IMG/VR virus record: IMGVR_UViG_2799112320_000004
Span: 16,908 to 80,907 of that record
From: a virus
Lineage: Duplodnaviria > Caudoviricetes
Direction: 5' to 3' (one strand)
DNA length: 64,000 bases
Position numbers and translations under genes: made by a program. Under the pieces are notes generated by a model, which was not told where the DNA came from, did not search any database, and was given only the letters and a program-made list of their open reading frames with translations. Below, piece after piece: positions 63,660 to 64,000 of this stretch (position 1 is its first letter; every line of letters begins with the position of its first letter).

Positions 63660-63836
63660 TCAGACCCTTTCCAGTACTCCGATAATTCTCAGTCCGTTAC
63701 GCACCAACACCGATTCGGATACTCCGTTCTGCGCGGCAACTTCCTCGATGCGCTTCGCCTCGCTCGGCGTCACACGAAACGACTTGCAGATCGTCGTCTC
63801 CCGCTTCTCGATCGTCACTTTGCTCTCTTCTGGCAT
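63660..63836 (-). CDS. Ribbon-helix-helix (Arc/CopG-like) regulator
   Basis: KSFRVTPSEAKRIEEVAAQNGVSESVLVR pattern; AAGGAGG RBS. Confidence 0.7.
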   Translation of the reverse strand: MPEESKVTIEKRETTICKSFRVTPSEAKRIEEVAAQNGVSESVLVRNGLRIIGVLERV

Positions 63837-63982
63837 TTTCCCTCCTTTGCTGGTACTTCTTCCAGCCATTCCTTCGGCAAGGAAAATGGCAATGCCCACT
63901 TTCTGTCCGCAGGCTTTACCATTACGACGTGCTTGTACTCTCGGATCACACGGTACACTCGCCGTGTCTCCTTGTTCTTCAT
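63815..63982 (-). CDS. Small hypothetical protein
   Basis: MKNKETRRV... overlapping the next gene. Confidence 0.4.
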   Translation of the reverse strand: MKNKETRRVYRVIREYKHVVMVKPADRKWALPFSLPKEWLEEVPAKEGKCQKRAK

Positions 63983-64000
63983 AATCTTTTCGCCTTGCAT

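Larger units (their letters stand above)
26447..64000 (-). mobile_element. Prophage B (partial, continues right of window), podovirus-like temperate phage
   Basis: Uninterrupted minus-strand array: HTH/RHH regulators, MTase, initiator, DnaB, TerL, scaffold, capsid, portal, tail and ejection genes. Confidence 0.85.

Noticed and set aside
1-64000. A single large phage with duplicated late genes
   Set aside because: Different adaptor/tail systems and codon styles, with a tRNA, terminator and att-like repeats at the junction, fit two elements better

Overview
The window holds two different temperate podovirus-like prophages that converge on one intact tRNA-Arg(CCG) gene (26370-26446, minus). The left element A (<1 to ~26370) has + strand late genes: a fibre-like gene, a cassette of exported/membrane genes, T7 gp11/gp12/gp13-like tail genes, two ejection-type genes and a 3847-aa polyvalent protein. 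It ends in a tyrosine integrase next to the tRNA 3' end. The right element B (~26450 to >64000) is all minus strand: regulators, C5 DNA methyltransferase, HD/ASCH/DUF4406-like genes, initiator with ori, DnaB, TerL, scaffold, capsid, portal, fibre-like gene, the same exported cassette, tail genes and a 3203-aa polyvalent protein. Main leads: (1) a cassette shared by both phages (membrane protein, secreted proteins, an ultra-conserved small membrane protein, a DUF1353-like HDxxY protein, a double-lipobox lipoprotein) where I see no endolysin; (2) a strong (T/S)-N dipeptide bias in the signal-peptide-bearing phage proteins examined, absent from TerL; (3) effector cassettes in both giant proteins bounded by an R-[YF]-S-like motif and partly by DNA repeats; (4) two different arm-site-like repeat pairs on either side of the tRNA, plus a promoter abutting B's last gene. 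Family assignments come from motif recognition by eye, and all counts are hand counts.
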